In this document: positions 21,091 to 30,472 of the stretch, one piece after another | How the letters are laid out: the number at the start of each line of letters is the position of its first letter | How positions within the stretch are numbered: the first letter of the stretch is position 1 | Assembly (NCBI GenBank): GCA_028284065.1 | Contig: JANQSJ010000018.1 | Location: 10,367-74,366, forward strand | Length of the DNA stretch: 64,000 nt | Direction of reading: 5' to 3' | Origin: Parvularculaceae bacterium | GTDB taxonomy: Bacteria > Pseudomonadota > Alphaproteobacteria > Caulobacterales > Parvularculaceae | Notes under the pieces: model-generated | What the model saw: only the letters and a program-made list of their open reading frames with translations | Told to the model about the DNA's origin: nothing | Databases searched by the model: none | Made by a program: the position numbers and the translations under genes

Positions 21091-22434
21091 TCAATTGCCG
21101 GCGATGGTCATGTCGCCCAGGAGCGCCGTCGGGGCGTTCGTCGCGCCACGGAATTCCAGGTCATTCGCCGGCACGAGGGCGGCGAACATGTCCAGGAGAT
21201 TGCCGGCGATCGTAATCTCGCTCACCGGATAGGCGAGCGCGCCGCCTTCTATCAGGAGGCCGGAACATCCGACCGAATAATCGCCGGTATTCGGATTAAC
21301 CTGCGGCCCGAACATGTCCGTAACCAGAAGGCCTTCGCCGACGTTCGCGAATAGCTCTTCCGGCGACGCCGCGCCGGCCGGCAGATAGAGGTTGGTCGAC
21401 GAAGCGCCGGGGCCGCCGCCGGCGCCCCGCGTCGCGCGCCCGTTCGTTTCAAGGCCGAGCTGACGGGCGTGGGCGGAATTCATGATCCATGTCGTCAGCG
21501 CGCCGTCATCGATAATGTTGAGCCTTTCGGCCTTCACGCCCTCGCCGTCGAACGGCCGCGAGCCATGCCCGCGCCGGATGAAGGGGTCGTCAATGACGAC
21601 TATCCCTTCGGCGAAGATCCGTTCGCCAAGCTTATCCTTCAGAAAGCTGACGCCGCGCGCGATCGCGGCGCCGTTGATCGCGCCCGACAGGTGCCGCAGG
21701 ATCGACGCCGACACGCGGCTGTCGAAGATCACCGGCGCAGGCCGGCTTTCCGCCTTGCGCGGCGACAGCCGCCGGACGGCCCGTTCGCCCGCGCTGCGGC
21801 CGATCGTTTCGACGTCCCGAAGATCTTCCGCATGGGTCTTGGAATCGTAGTCATAGTCCCGCTCCATGCCGTTCGCGTCCTCCGCGAGGACGCTGACGGA
21901 AACGGAGTGGCTGGCGCCGCCAGTCTCCCCCATAAAGCCGTCGGAGGTGATGAGCCATTTGCGCCCCTCTCCGTAGCTTGCGCCGGCGCCGGAGGAGTTG
22001 ACGACGCCCTTGACGGCGAGCGCCGCTTCTTCGCAGGCCGCCGCGCGGCGCCGCAGCTCGTCCGTGCCAGGATCGCTGAAGTCGCCGAGATCGAGATCCG
22101 GAAAGGGCGGCCGCGCGAGGCGCTCCTTGGGGGCGAGACCTACGTAAGGGTCCTCCGGCGCGGCCTTCGCCATCGCCGCGCAGCGTTCGACAAGCGCGTC
22201 GAGCGCGCTTTTAGAGGTCTCGGTCGTCGACACGCTTGCGGCTCGCCGGCCGACGATGATCCGAAGGCCGAGATCAAGGCTCTCCGAACGCTCGACATCC
22301 TCAAGTTTGCCGAGGCGCCAGGACACGCCGTGCGAGACGCTGTTGTAGAGAACCGCATCCGCGGCGTCGGCGCCGGCGGCGCGGGCTTTCGCGATCAACG
22401 ATTCAAGCAGGTCTCGCGCGTCGGAGTTTTCCAT
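21091..22434 (-). CDS. pmbA: TldD/PmbA-family metalloprotease (PmbA/TldE-like)
   Basis: Track ORF 21091..22545. The ATG at 22434 gives MENSDARDLLESLIAKARAAGADAADAV and avoids overlap with the upstream methyltransferase gene. The C-terminus reads ...ITIAGN. Confidence 0.85.
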   Translation of the reverse strand: MENSDARDLLESLIAKARAAGADAADAVLYNSVSHGVSWRLGKLEDVERSESLDLGLRIIVGRRAASVSTTETSKSALDALVERCAAMAKAAPEDPYVGLAPKERLARPPFPDLDLGDFSDPGTDELRRRAAACEEAALAVKGVVNSSGAGASYGEGRKWLITSDGFMGETGGASHSVSVSVLAEDANGMERDYDYDSKTHAEDLRDVETIGRSAGERAVRRLSPRKAESRPAPVIFDSRVSASILRHLSGAINGAAIARGVSFLKDKLGERIFAEGIVVIDDPFIRRGHGSRPFDGEGVKAERLNIIDDGALTTWIMNSAHARQLGLETNGRATRGAGGGPGASSTNLYLPAGAASPEELFANVGEGLLVTDMFGPQVNPNTGDYSVGCSGLLIEGGALAYPVSEITIAGNLLDMFAALVPANDLEFRGATNAPTALLGDMTIAGN

Positions 22435-22480
22435 GGCGCGGGAATAAACGGGGGCGGCGGCGTCCGCAAGCTGTCGAGAG

Positions 22481-23119
22481 TCAGACGCGATAGGCGACAT
22501 AGGATTTCGGAAAGCCAAAGCTGCGCTCGGTGTAAATGGTCGCATCGGGGAAGAACTCTTGCAGCTCGGCGCGCTTCAGCACCGTCGTTTCCTCGACCAT
22601 CCTCGCCCATTCCGGAATGCGCCTGCGCCATCGCTCGATGATCGCCCGCCGCAGGCCTTCGGGATAGAAAAACCAGAAGGGCGCCCGGGTATGGGCCTCG
22701 ATCGGGAACCAGATGGACGGCGTCTGCACCCAGTAGCGCGGCGCCAGGCGCCTCGCCTCTCTGGCGAACGCAGCCTGCCGATCCTCAGGACCCACATGCT
22801 CGATGACGGAGTTGCTGAAGACGATATCGAACGCCCCGTCCTCGAACTGCGTCAGGTTGGTTGCGTCCCCCTCGAGGAAATGAAGCTTGTGGATCGGGTT
22901 GTCGGGCTTGCCGGTCTTCACCCCGGGCAGGTTTACAATCGTCACCTCAAGCGGCGTCTCAACCAGCCGCCAGAGCGCCGCCGTGCCGCCAAGGTCAAGA
23001 ATGCGCGCGCCTTCGCCCGGAGAAAAGAGCTCGATGAAGAGGTTCATCCGGCCTTCTCTGGCGGACTGGCCGAAGCCCGCCGCCGTCTGGTGAAGCAAGT
23101 CCCTAAGTCTGTCGCGCAT
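22481..23119 (-). CDS. class I SAM-dependent methyltransferase
   Basis: 212 aa. Motif I is ARILDLGGTAALW. FDIVFSNSVIEHV is also present. Confidence 0.75.
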   Translation of the reverse strand: MRDRLRDLLHQTAAGFGQSAREGRMNLFIELFSPGEGARILDLGGTAALWRLVETPLEVTIVNLPGVKTGKPDNPIHKLHFLEGDATNLTQFEDGAFDIVFSNSVIEHVGPEDRQAAFAREARRLAPRYWVQTPSIWFPIEAHTRAPFWFFYPEGLRRAIIERWRRRIPEWARMVEETTVLKRAELQEFFPDATIYTERSFGFPKSYVAYRV

Positions 23120-23202
23120 ACGTCCTGCTACAAATTGTGTGACGTCGTTCCAACGCGCACCCTACATCGCGCGGAGTGAGGAATTCCCTACCCCGACATC
23201 AA

Positions 23203-23850
23203 TCAAGGGGCCCGCAGTTCAGCCGCCGCGCCCACGCCCCATTCGCGCATCGCCGGCAGGTCTAGGATCATCTCCATCCACGCGCCGGCGGGCGCGGGCA
23301 GGTCCACCGGCCCGTAGGTGCGGAACCTCGATGCGACCGGCGCGTACATGGCGTCGGCGATGGAGAACGCGCCGTAAAGAAAAGGTCCGCCTTGCGGACC
23401 GCCGAAGCGTTCGCGCGCTTCGGTCCAGAGCGCCGCGATGCGGGCGATGTCCCGGGCGACGCCGCCGCTCGTCGTGTGGCGCAGTCCCTCGCGCGCGAAC
23501 ATCATCGGCCAGACGGTTCGAAGGTTCGGGAACCCTGAGTGCATTTCCGCCGACGCCGAACGCGCATGAGCGCGCGCGCGCGCGTCGGTCGGCCAAAGGC
23601 CTTTTTCAGGAAACCGCTCGTTCAGGTGTTCAAGGATCGCGAGGCTGTCCCAGACCGCCGTTTCGCCATCCTTCAGGCACGGGACGAACCCCGACGGCGA
23701 CAGCCGACGCAGGCTGTCGCGGGACTCAGGACGGTCAAGCCGGACCATTTCCTCCGTAAAGGGAATGTCCAGGTGACGCATCGCCAGCCACGGGCGCAGC
23801 GACCAGCTCGACAGGTTCTTGTCGCCGATCACAAGCGTCATGGTCGTCAT
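23203..23850 (-). CDS. glutathione S-transferase family protein
   Basis: 215 aa. The thioredoxin-like N-terminus reads LVIGDKNLSSWSLRPWLAMRHLDIPF. The alternative ATG at 23841 is equally plausible. Confidence 0.8.
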   Translation of the reverse strand: MTTMTLVIGDKNLSSWSLRPWLAMRHLDIPFTEEMVRLDRPESRDSLRRLSPSGFVPCLKDGETAVWDSLAILEHLNERFPEKGLWPTDARARAHARSASAEMHSGFPNLRTVWPMMFAREGLRHTTSGGVARDIARIAALWTEARERFGGPQGGPFLYGAFSIADAMYAPVASRFRTYGPVDLPAPAGAWMEMILDLPAMREWGVGAAAELRAP

Positions 23851-23892
23851 GGCGTTCGCCTCCTTGCTCCGACGTTTTTAGGCTCTGGCGTT

Positions 23893-24639
23893 TCAGGCGA
23901 TCCGATAAAACGCCGCGATCCACTGGGCGAGCTTTTTGCGGCAGCTCTCCTGGCGCAGGGTCTCCAGCCCGCCGGAGACTTTCTCCTCGGGGATGCGGTC
24001 GCTGCGCGCAGCCAACAGGTCCGACGCGAATCCATGATCGAACTCCGGGTGCATCTGGAACGAGACGGCGGGCCCTTGCGCGTAGGATAGCGCGCCATTG
24101 GGGCAAAAGTCGGAGCCGGCGAGGACGCGCGCGCCCGCCGGCGCCTCGACCACCTGGTCCTGGTGCGAGACGGCGCAGGTAATCTCTTCGGCGAGCGGGT
24201 CCATCCACGCGCGCGTTTCATGCACGCGATAGCGATGGACGCCGACGCCCCACCCCTTGTCGGACTTCTCCACGCGTCCGCCAAGGGCGGCGGCTATGGC
24301 CTGATGGCCAAAGCAGATGCCCACCTGGGGCGTCTTTGCGGCGGCTGCGGCGCGGACCGTCTCAAACAGCGGCCCAATCCAGTCGTGGCCGTCATAGACG
24401 CCGACGGGGGAGCCGGTGAGGAGATAGCCGTCAACGCCGTCCGCCGGCGGGGCCGCGTCGCCTTCATGGACTTGCGCAACGACGAACGCCGCCCCGGGCA
24501 TCAAGGGCGACAGCATGTCGACCATCATCTGGCCATAGCCCGGGTGACGCTCGTTTACCGGGCTCGGCGGCGCGCCGGTTTCAAGTATCGCTATCCGCAA
24601 TTTCCGCCTCCGGCGGACGCGAAATGCGTCGCAGGGCAT
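23893..24639 (-). CDS. class-I glutamine amidotransferase-domain protein
   Basis: 248 aa. The catalytic Cys context is VGICFGHQAIAAALGG, and the His/Glu region follows later (FQMHPEF). Confidence 0.8.
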   Translation of the reverse strand: MPCDAFRVRRRRKLRIAILETGAPPSPVNERHPGYGQMMVDMLSPLMPGAAFVVAQVHEGDAAPPADGVDGYLLTGSPVGVYDGHDWIGPLFETVRAAAAAKTPQVGICFGHQAIAAALGGRVEKSDKGWGVGVHRYRVHETRAWMDPLAEEITCAVSHQDQVVEAPAGARVLAGSDFCPNGALSYAQGPAVSFQMHPEFDHGFASDLLAARSDRIPEEKVSGGLETLRQESCRKKLAQWIAAFYRIA

Positions 24640-24700
24640 GGCGACCCGAATCGCGCCGGTTTCAAATCATCTGAAAACGCGCCGCTTCGCGTCCGCAAAC

Positions 24701-24973
24701 CTACTCCGCCGCCGCGCCGGCGGGATGCGTCTTGTCGATTGTGCGGCGGACAATCGGCGGGCAACGGTGGCGGTAGCGCAGGAGCTTTTCGTTGAGGGCG
24801 GGGTGGTTCGTCCGCAGCCGCTTCACGATCCGTTGCACGAAAGGCACATAGGGCGCGAGGAGCGTAAAGCCGATCGTGATCATGATGAGGCCGAAGGGGA
24901 TGGGCAGGGGCAGGACGACAAGTCCCGTCAACACCAGAAATGCGCCCAGCGCCTGATGGAGAATCGGCAGCAT
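24701..24973 (-). CDS. small membrane protein (two predicted TM helices), function unknown
   Basis: 90 aa with an ATG start and high GC3. The hydrophobic N-terminal half reads LGAFLVLTGLVVLPLPIPFGLIMITIGFTLLAPYVPF, and the tail is basic. Confidence 0.5.
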   Translation of the reverse strand: MLPILHQALGAFLVLTGLVVLPLPIPFGLIMITIGFTLLAPYVPFVQRIVKRLRTNHPALNEKLLRYRHRCPPIVRRTIDKTHPAGAAAE

Positions 24974-25223
24974 CCGCGTTCCGTCTCGCCAGATAACTCA
25001 GGCGAACCGAACGCCTGACCCTACTAAACCTACGATATGTGCACGCGACTTGATCGTAAAGTGGGAATGAAAAACGAAAGTTAATTGCGCCGCAGACGCC
25101 TGCGCCGCAGAAGAGCGCCCGCGTGGCGCATGGCCGCAGCGGCGGACCGGCGGATGCGCCCTGCGCTGATCGGGCGTAAGCGGGGCCCCGCCCCGGAAAA
25201 AAAACCCGCTTTAGAGAAAGCAT

Positions 25224-26768
25224 ATGTCCTACCGATCCCTGCGCGACTTTCTTCAGATGCTGGAGGCCGAAGGGGAACTTGTGCGCGTGACGGCCCCCGT
25301 GTCGACGGCGCTGGAGATGACGGAGATTCAGACGCGCCTCCTCGCCGAGGGCGGGCCGGCGGTCATTTTTGAAAATCCCGTTTTGGCTGACGGGTCGGCC
25401 TCGCCAATCCCCGTGCTGGTTAACCTCTTCGGCACGGTGAGGCGGGTCGCCATGGGCGTGACCATGGGGCTCGCCGACGCCGAAGGCCTCAGCGACGCAG
25501 AAAGGCTGCGCGAGGTCGGCAAGACGCTCGCGTTCCTTCGCCAGCCGGAGCCGCCGACGGGCCTCAAGGACGCGCTGGAGCTTCTGCCGCTCGCCAAGAC
25601 GGTGCTCTCCATGAAGCCGGGGACGAGGGCATTCGGGTCCGCGCCCTGCCAGGAGGTCGTTCAGACCGGCGATGACGTGAACCTCGACGCCTTGCCGATC
25701 CAGACCTGCTGGCCCGGCGAGCCGGCGCCGCTCATCACCTGGCCGCTGGTGGTTACGCGTGGCCCGTCGGACGCGCGTGAGGACAGTTTCAATCTCGGCA
25801 TCTACCGCATGCAGAAGATCGCCAAGAACAAGACCATCATGCGCTGGCTCGCCCATCGCGGCGGCGCGCAACAACACCGGCGCTGGGGAAAAGAGAAGAC
25901 CGAGCCGATGCCCGTCGCCGCCGTCCTCGGCGCCGATCCGGGCGTCATCATCGCGGCGGTGACGCCCGTGCCCGACACGCTCTCCGAATATCAGTTCGCC
26001 GGCCTCGTCCGCGGCCGCAAGGCGGAGCTTGTCGACTGCAAGACCGTGCCTTTGAAAGTTCCGGCCGAAGCGGAGATCGTCCTTGAGGGGCATGTCTCGC
26101 TGGAGGAATACGCCGACGAAGGGCCGTATGGAGACCATACCGGCTATTACAACTCGGTGGAGCGTTTCCCCGTCTTCACGGTCTCCGCGATCACCATGCG
26201 CAAGGAGCCCATCTATCTCTCGACCTTCACCGGCCGGCCGCCGGACGAGCCCTCCGTCCTCGGAGAAGCGCTGAACGAAGTGTTTATTCCGCTTCTGCAG
26301 CAGCAGTTCCCGGAAATCGTCGATTTCTGGCTGCCGCCGGAAGGATGCAGCTACCGCATCGCGGTCATCAGTATGAAGAAGGCATACCCCGGCCACGCCA
26401 AGCGCGTGATGATGGGCGCTTGGTCGTACCTGCGCCAGTTCATGTACACAAAGTGGATCATCGTCGTCGACGCCGACGTCAACGCCCGCGACTGGAAGGA
26501 CGTCATGTGGGCGGTCTCCACCAAGATGGACCCGGCGCGCGACATCACCGTCGTCGAAAACACGCCGATCGACTATCTTGACTTCGCCAGTCCCGAAAGC
26601 GGCCTCGGCTCCAAGATCGGCCTTGACGCCACCGACAAGCTGCCGCCCGAGACCCATCGCGAATGGGGCGAGGAAATCCGCATGGACGACGCCGTCATCG
26701 ACCGGGTCGACGCCATGTGGGCCGACCTCGGCCTGCCGGGGTCGGGGAAGGATATCTGGCGGCGATAA
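25224..26768 (+). CDS. ubiD: UbiD-family decarboxylase (4-hydroxy-3-polyprenylbenzoate decarboxylase)
   Basis: 514 aa. It starts [22 protein letters not shown] and contains NLGIYRMQ and [10 protein letters not shown]. Confidence 0.9.
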   Translation: MSYRSLRDFLQMLEAEGELVRVTAPVSTALEMTEIQTRLLAEGGPAVIFENPVLADGSASPIPVLVNLFGTVRRVAMGVTMGLADAEGLSDAERLREVGKTLAFLRQPEPPTGLKDALELLPLAKTVLSMKPGTRAFGSAPCQEVVQTGDDVNLDALPIQTCWPGEPAPLITWPLVVTRGPSDAREDSFNLGIYRMQKIAKNKTIMRWLAHRGGAQQHRRWGKEKTEPMPVAAVLGADPGVIIAAVTPVPDTLSEYQFAGLVRGRKAELVDCKTVPLKVPAEAEIVLEGHVSLEEYADEGPYGDHTGYYNSVERFPVFTVSAITMRKEPIYLSTFTGRPPDEPSVLGEALNEVFIPLLQQQFPEIVDFWLPPEGCSYRIAVISMKKAYPGHAKRVMMGAWSYLRQFMYTKWIIVVDADVNARDWKDVMWAVSTKMDPARDITVVENTPIDYLDFASPESGLGSKIGLDATDKLPPETHREWGEEIRMDDAVIDRVDAMWADLGLPGSGKDIWRR

Positions 26769-27038
26769 GGCTGCCGGCGAAAACGCCGCGGCGCCGCTAT
26801 CGCTGAATGACGGTCGAACCTGCATGCCTGCGATAGTAGACGGGGGCAGGAGGCGTTCGATGAGATTCCCTGAAATCGCCTTCAACGCCGCATGGCGCAA
26901 GGCCGCGCGCCGTTCGATGAATTTCTGGGCTCGTGGGGTCGGGAGCCAACCTCGATTGGGAAAATCAATCGAATCGCGTTGATCCGAACGAAGCGGCGAA
27001 GGGTAGAGCGCATAGTCGCCGTTTTGAGGGGTGCTGTT

Positions 27039-27914
27039 GTGATTGGATGTTTTTCCGCGGGCCGCGTCGTCGTCCGCGCCGCATGCGCGATGGTCCTTGC
27101 GCTCGCCGCGTCGGCGGCCGCCGCGCAACCGCCCCAGCGGGCCGGCGGGCCGCAGCCGCAACGGCCCCAACAGCCGCAAGGCTGGCAGGTGCTTGTCGGC
27201 GGCGGCATGCTCTATGCGCCGACCTATCTCGGCGATGACGAGTATCAGCTGCGCGCTCTTCCGAATATTCAGGTCAACTACAGCGACGTCTTTTTCGCCT
27301 CGGTGCAGAACGGCGTCGGCGCGAACCTCTGGCGCCAGGACGGCTTCCGCGCCGGGCCGATCGCGCGCATCGCCTTCGCCCGCCAGGAGGACGGCGTGCA
27401 GCCGTTCGTCATCGCCGGGCCCGATACGACTGACCTCGAAGGGCTTGGCGACGTCAGCACCACGATCGAACTTGGCGGCTTCGTCGCCTATGAGACGCCG
27501 CGGTGGCAGGCGCTTTTCGAAGCGCGCCAGGGCGTCAACGGCCATGAGGGCTTCGTCTTTGACGCATCGCTCAACTATCGCGGCCGCGGCCAGGCGTTCG
27601 GCGGCGGATATTCATACGCTATCGGCCCGCGCGTGCGCGTCGTCGACGACAGCTATAACGACGCCTACTTCTCGGTCACCGCGGCGCAATCGGCCGCGTC
27701 GGGCCTGCCGACCTTCGACGCCGGCGGCGGCGTCCAGAGCTATGGCGTCGGCGCAAATCTCATTCGGCCGATCGGCGCGAAGCGCAAATTCATCGCCGTC
27801 TTCACGGCCGGCTATGACCGGGTGGCGGGCGACGCCGCCGACGCGCCGCTCGTCAGCCTTCGCGGCGACCGCAACCAGGCCAGCGTCGGGTTTTTCCTGA
27901 GCTACCGCCTCTGA
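27039..27914 (+). CDS. mipA: MipA/OmpV-family outer-membrane protein
   Basis: Track ORF 26892..27914. The GTG at 27039 is preceded by GAGGGG and gives a signal peptide (VIGCFSAGRVVVRAACAMVLALAASAAAAQ). The product contains VGGGMLYAPTYLGDDEY, typical of MipA, and ends in an aromatic-rich beta-barrel terminus. Confidence 0.8.
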   Translation: MIGCFSAGRVVVRAACAMVLALAASAAAAQPPQRAGGPQPQRPQQPQGWQVLVGGGMLYAPTYLGDDEYQLRALPNIQVNYSDVFFASVQNGVGANLWRQDGFRAGPIARIAFARQEDGVQPFVIAGPDTTDLEGLGDVSTTIELGGFVAYETPRWQALFEARQGVNGHEGFVFDASLNYRGRGQAFGGGYSYAIGPRVRVVDDSYNDAYFSVTAAQSAASGLPTFDAGGGVQSYGVGANLIRPIGAKRKFIAVFTAGYDRVAGDAADAPLVSLRGDRNQASVGFFLSYRL

Positions 27915-28039
27915 TCGCAGGCGCGCCGGCTCGATCACGCGCGCTCACGAAATCCGTCACGCGAGGGTGGTTTGCTCGTGAGCGCCTGAATGGGGTCTTC
28001 TCCTCTGGACACACGGGACACGCCAGACGGGAGAGACCA

Positions 28040-28588
28040 ATGCTGACCTTCATCAAACGCTACGCGCCCCACGGGTTTGCGCTTTTCGCCGCCGCGATCT
28101 TCACCGACAGCCTCCGCTTCAAGTTCACAAATCAGCCGGAAACGCAGACGATTTTCGGCAAGCTCGACGCCTGGGCGGCGAGCCTCGGCTCGCCGGGCCT
28201 CTTTGCGCAGACGGGGCTCTTCAGCCAGTACGTCATCGGGACCGCCGAGCTGTTCGCCGCGGCGTTTCTTGTCATCGGCATTCTCGGGCGCTTCCGCCGG
28301 CTTCAGGCGCTGGGCGCGTTGATCGCTCTTGCGGTGATGACGGGCGCTGTGTCGTTCCATCTCTTCACGCCGCTGGGGATCGATCCGAACAATGACGGCG
28401 GCGGACTGTTCATGGTCGCAGTCATTGTGTTGGTGGGATCGATCGCGACGCTCGCCCTCCGGTTTGGCGACGTAAAGGCTATCTTCGGCGGCCTCGCCGG
28501 CCTGTTCCACACGCCCCAGTCTGCGTCAAAGGCGAAGTCGCAGTCGAATGAGCGTCTGGCGCCGCTGAGCGCTCAGGCTGCGGAGTAA
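28040..28588 (+). CDS. DoxX-like membrane protein
   Basis: 182 aa with four predicted TM helices and a GTAELFAAAFLVIG-type segment. The family call rests on overall similarity as I remember it. Confidence 0.65.
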   Translation: MLTFIKRYAPHGFALFAAAIFTDSLRFKFTNQPETQTIFGKLDAWAASLGSPGLFAQTGLFSQYVIGTAELFAAAFLVIGILGRFRRLQALGALIALAVMTGAVSFHLFTPLGIDPNNDGGGLFMVAVIVLVGSIATLALRFGDVKAIFGGLAGLFHTPQSASKAKSQSNERLAPLSAQAAE

Positions 28589-28789
28589 GTTGCAGGGCGC
28601 CCAGGGTAAGCGCGGGCGTCACAAGCTGCGCGTACGTCCGGCGCAACGAAGACATGGCCGATCCTGTTTTGCAGGGACTATCGGCCCGGCGCAGGCGCGG
28701 AGGTAAGCGCAGCGTCAAAAAGAATGTCGCCGACGGGCTAAATGTTCGTCGGTCCCTGCCGCCCCGCCATCTCTCCCCCCTGTGTAGGG

Positions 28790-28823
28790 CGAAAAGGGCG
28801 CCCGGGAGCTTTATTCCCGGGCG
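28790..28823 (-). terminator. putative intrinsic terminator downstream of leuB
   Basis: On the minus strand there is a 9-bp stem CGCCCGGGA / TCCCGGGCG with a 7-nt loop, followed by CCCTTTTC. It lies 17 nt after the leuB stop. The U-tract is short. Confidence 0.5.
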
Positions 28824-28839
28824 GACGGGAGGGGGGACG

Positions 28840-29868
28840 TCAGCCGACGCGATCGATGATCGCCTGCGCCATCGCCTCGGTCGACATCTCGCCGCCGAGA
28901 TCGCGGGTCGCCGCGCCGCTCTGAAGCGCCTCGCGCGCCGCCGCCTCGATCCGCTGAGCGACGTTTTCCTGTTTCATGGAATAGCGCACAAGCATCGCCG
29001 CGGAGAGGATTGCGCCGACGGGGTTGGCGACGCCCTTTCCCGCGATGTCCGGCGCCGAGCCGTGGATGGGTTCATAAAGGCCCTTGCCGTCGCCGAGCGA
29101 AGCGGAGGGCGCCATGCCGATCGAGCCGGACAGCACCGAAGCCTCGTCGCTCAGGATGTCGCCGAACATGTTCTCGGTCAGGATGACGTCGAAGCCCACG
29201 GGCCGAGTGATGAGATGCATCGCCATGGCGTCGACAAGAACGTGCTCCAGCTCGACATCTGAGTATTCGGCCGCATGCAGCTCCTCGACCGCGGCGCGCC
29301 ACAGCCGGCTGGTGGCGAGGACGTTCGCCTTGTCGACGCTCGCAAGCCTTCCGCGCCGGCCGCGCGCCGCCTCAAACGCGACGCGCGCAACGCGCGCCAC
29401 TTCTTCTTTCGTGTAGACGCAAAGGTCGCTGGCGCGCGCCGTTCCTTCCTCGCGGTCGCCGTAATAGACGCCGCCGTTCAGCTCCCGGACAATCAGGAAA
29501 TCGACGCCGCGCGCGACCTCGGGCCTCAAAGGCGAGCGATCCTCAAAGCCCGGCGCGACGTTGGTGGGGCGCAGATTGGCGTAGACGCCGAGATCGCGGC
29601 GCAGATCGAGAAGGCCCTTTTCCGGACGAACCGGCGCATCGTCCCATTTCGGTCCGCCGACGGCGCCGAGAAAGACCGCATCCGCGTCCGCGACCGCCGC
29701 CTTCGTTTCCGCCGGATAAGGCGCGCCGGCGGCGTCGATCGCCGCCCCGCCGAAGGGCGCGTCGACAATGGCGATGTCGAGGCGGCAGGCGGCGAGGACG
29801 GCGCGCGCTGCGTCCGCAACCTCCGGGCCGACGCCGTCGCCCGGCAGAAAAGCGATCGTGAAGGTCAT
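28840..29868 (-). CDS. leuB: 3-isopropylmalate dehydrogenase
   Basis: 342 aa. It starts MTFTIAFLPGDGVGPEV and contains NLRP, LIVRELNGGVYYG and NMFGDILSDEAS. Confidence 0.95.
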   Translation of the reverse strand: MTFTIAFLPGDGVGPEVADAARAVLAACRLDIAIVDAPFGGAAIDAAGAPYPAETKAAVADADAVFLGAVGGPKWDDAPVRPEKGLLDLRRDLGVYANLRPTNVAPGFEDRSPLRPEVARGVDFLIVRELNGGVYYGDREEGTARASDLCVYTKEEVARVARVAFEAARGRRGRLASVDKANVLATSRLWRAAVEELHAAEYSDVELEHVLVDAMAMHLITRPVGFDVILTENMFGDILSDEASVLSGSIGMAPSASLGDGKGLYEPIHGSAPDIAGKGVANPVGAILSAAMLVRYSMKQENVAQRIEAAAREALQSGAATRDLGGEMSTEAMAQAIIDRVG

Positions 29869-29889
29869 TGGTCGATCCTGTAACGGGGT

Positions 29890-30468
29890 TTATCCGTGGA
29901 CCGCCTCATAGGCGGCGATGTCGGCGTCGCGGGCGAGGATCGCGCCGAGGGGATCGACGCCGTCAAGGAGGCAGCGACGCGCGAACGGCTCCAGCCGGAA
30001 GGGCGCGTCAACCCCGCCGTTCGGCGTCGTCACGCGCATCGCCTCAAGGTCGATGGTCAGTTCGACCCCTGGCTGCTCCATCAGGTCCGCATGGGTCGCG
30101 GCGTCCACTTCGACGGGAACGAGCCCGTTCTTCAACGCGTTGCCCGTGAAGATGTCAGCGATCTTGGTGCTGATGACGGCGCGAAAGCCAAAATCGAGGA
30201 GCGCCCAGGGCGCGTGTTCCCGCGAGGAGCCGCAGCCGAAATTGTGGCCCGCCACCAGAACGCCAAAGTCGTCGCGCGCGTCCTCGCGGAAGAGGCTGTC
30301 GGCTTTGAGCGCGCCGTCGTCTTCATACCGCCAATCCGCGAACGCGTGCGCGCCGAGGCCGGCGCGGCTTGTCGTCGTGAGGAACCGCGCAGGGATTATC
30401 TGGTCGGTGTCGACGTTTTCGTTTTCCAGCACGACGGTTCGTGTCGTGATTTTCGACATCGCTTGCAT
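29890..30468 (-). CDS. leuD: 3-isopropylmalate dehydratase small subunit
   Basis: Track ORF 29890..30588. The ATG at 30468 (or 30459) lies 4 nt after the leuC stop. The product contains ENVDTDQIIPARFL and NFGCGSSREHAPWAL. Confidence 0.92.
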   Translation of the reverse strand: MQAMSKITTRTVVLENENVDTDQIIPARFLTTTSRAGLGAHAFADWRYEDDGALKADSLFREDARDDFGVLVAGHNFGCGSSREHAPWALLDFGFRAVISTKIADIFTGNALKNGLVPVEVDAATHADLMEQPGVELTIDLEAMRVTTPNGGVDAPFRLEPFARRCLLDGVDPLGAILARDADIAAYEAVHG

Positions 30469-30472
30469 TGAG

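Noticed and set aside
26952-26972. Inverted repeat TCGATTG-(7 nt)-CAATCGA about 70 nt upstream of mipA
   Set aside because: It is a short 7-bp isolated palindrome matching no consensus I know. I note it only as a weak operator candidate.
24591-27545. 984-aa ORF on the minus strand, the longest ORF in this region
   Set aside because: It runs antisense to the well-supported ubiD gene and neighbouring genes. Its product is Arg/Gly/Ala/Pro-rich and low in complexity, with no recognisable domain. This is a typical high-GC antisense artefact.
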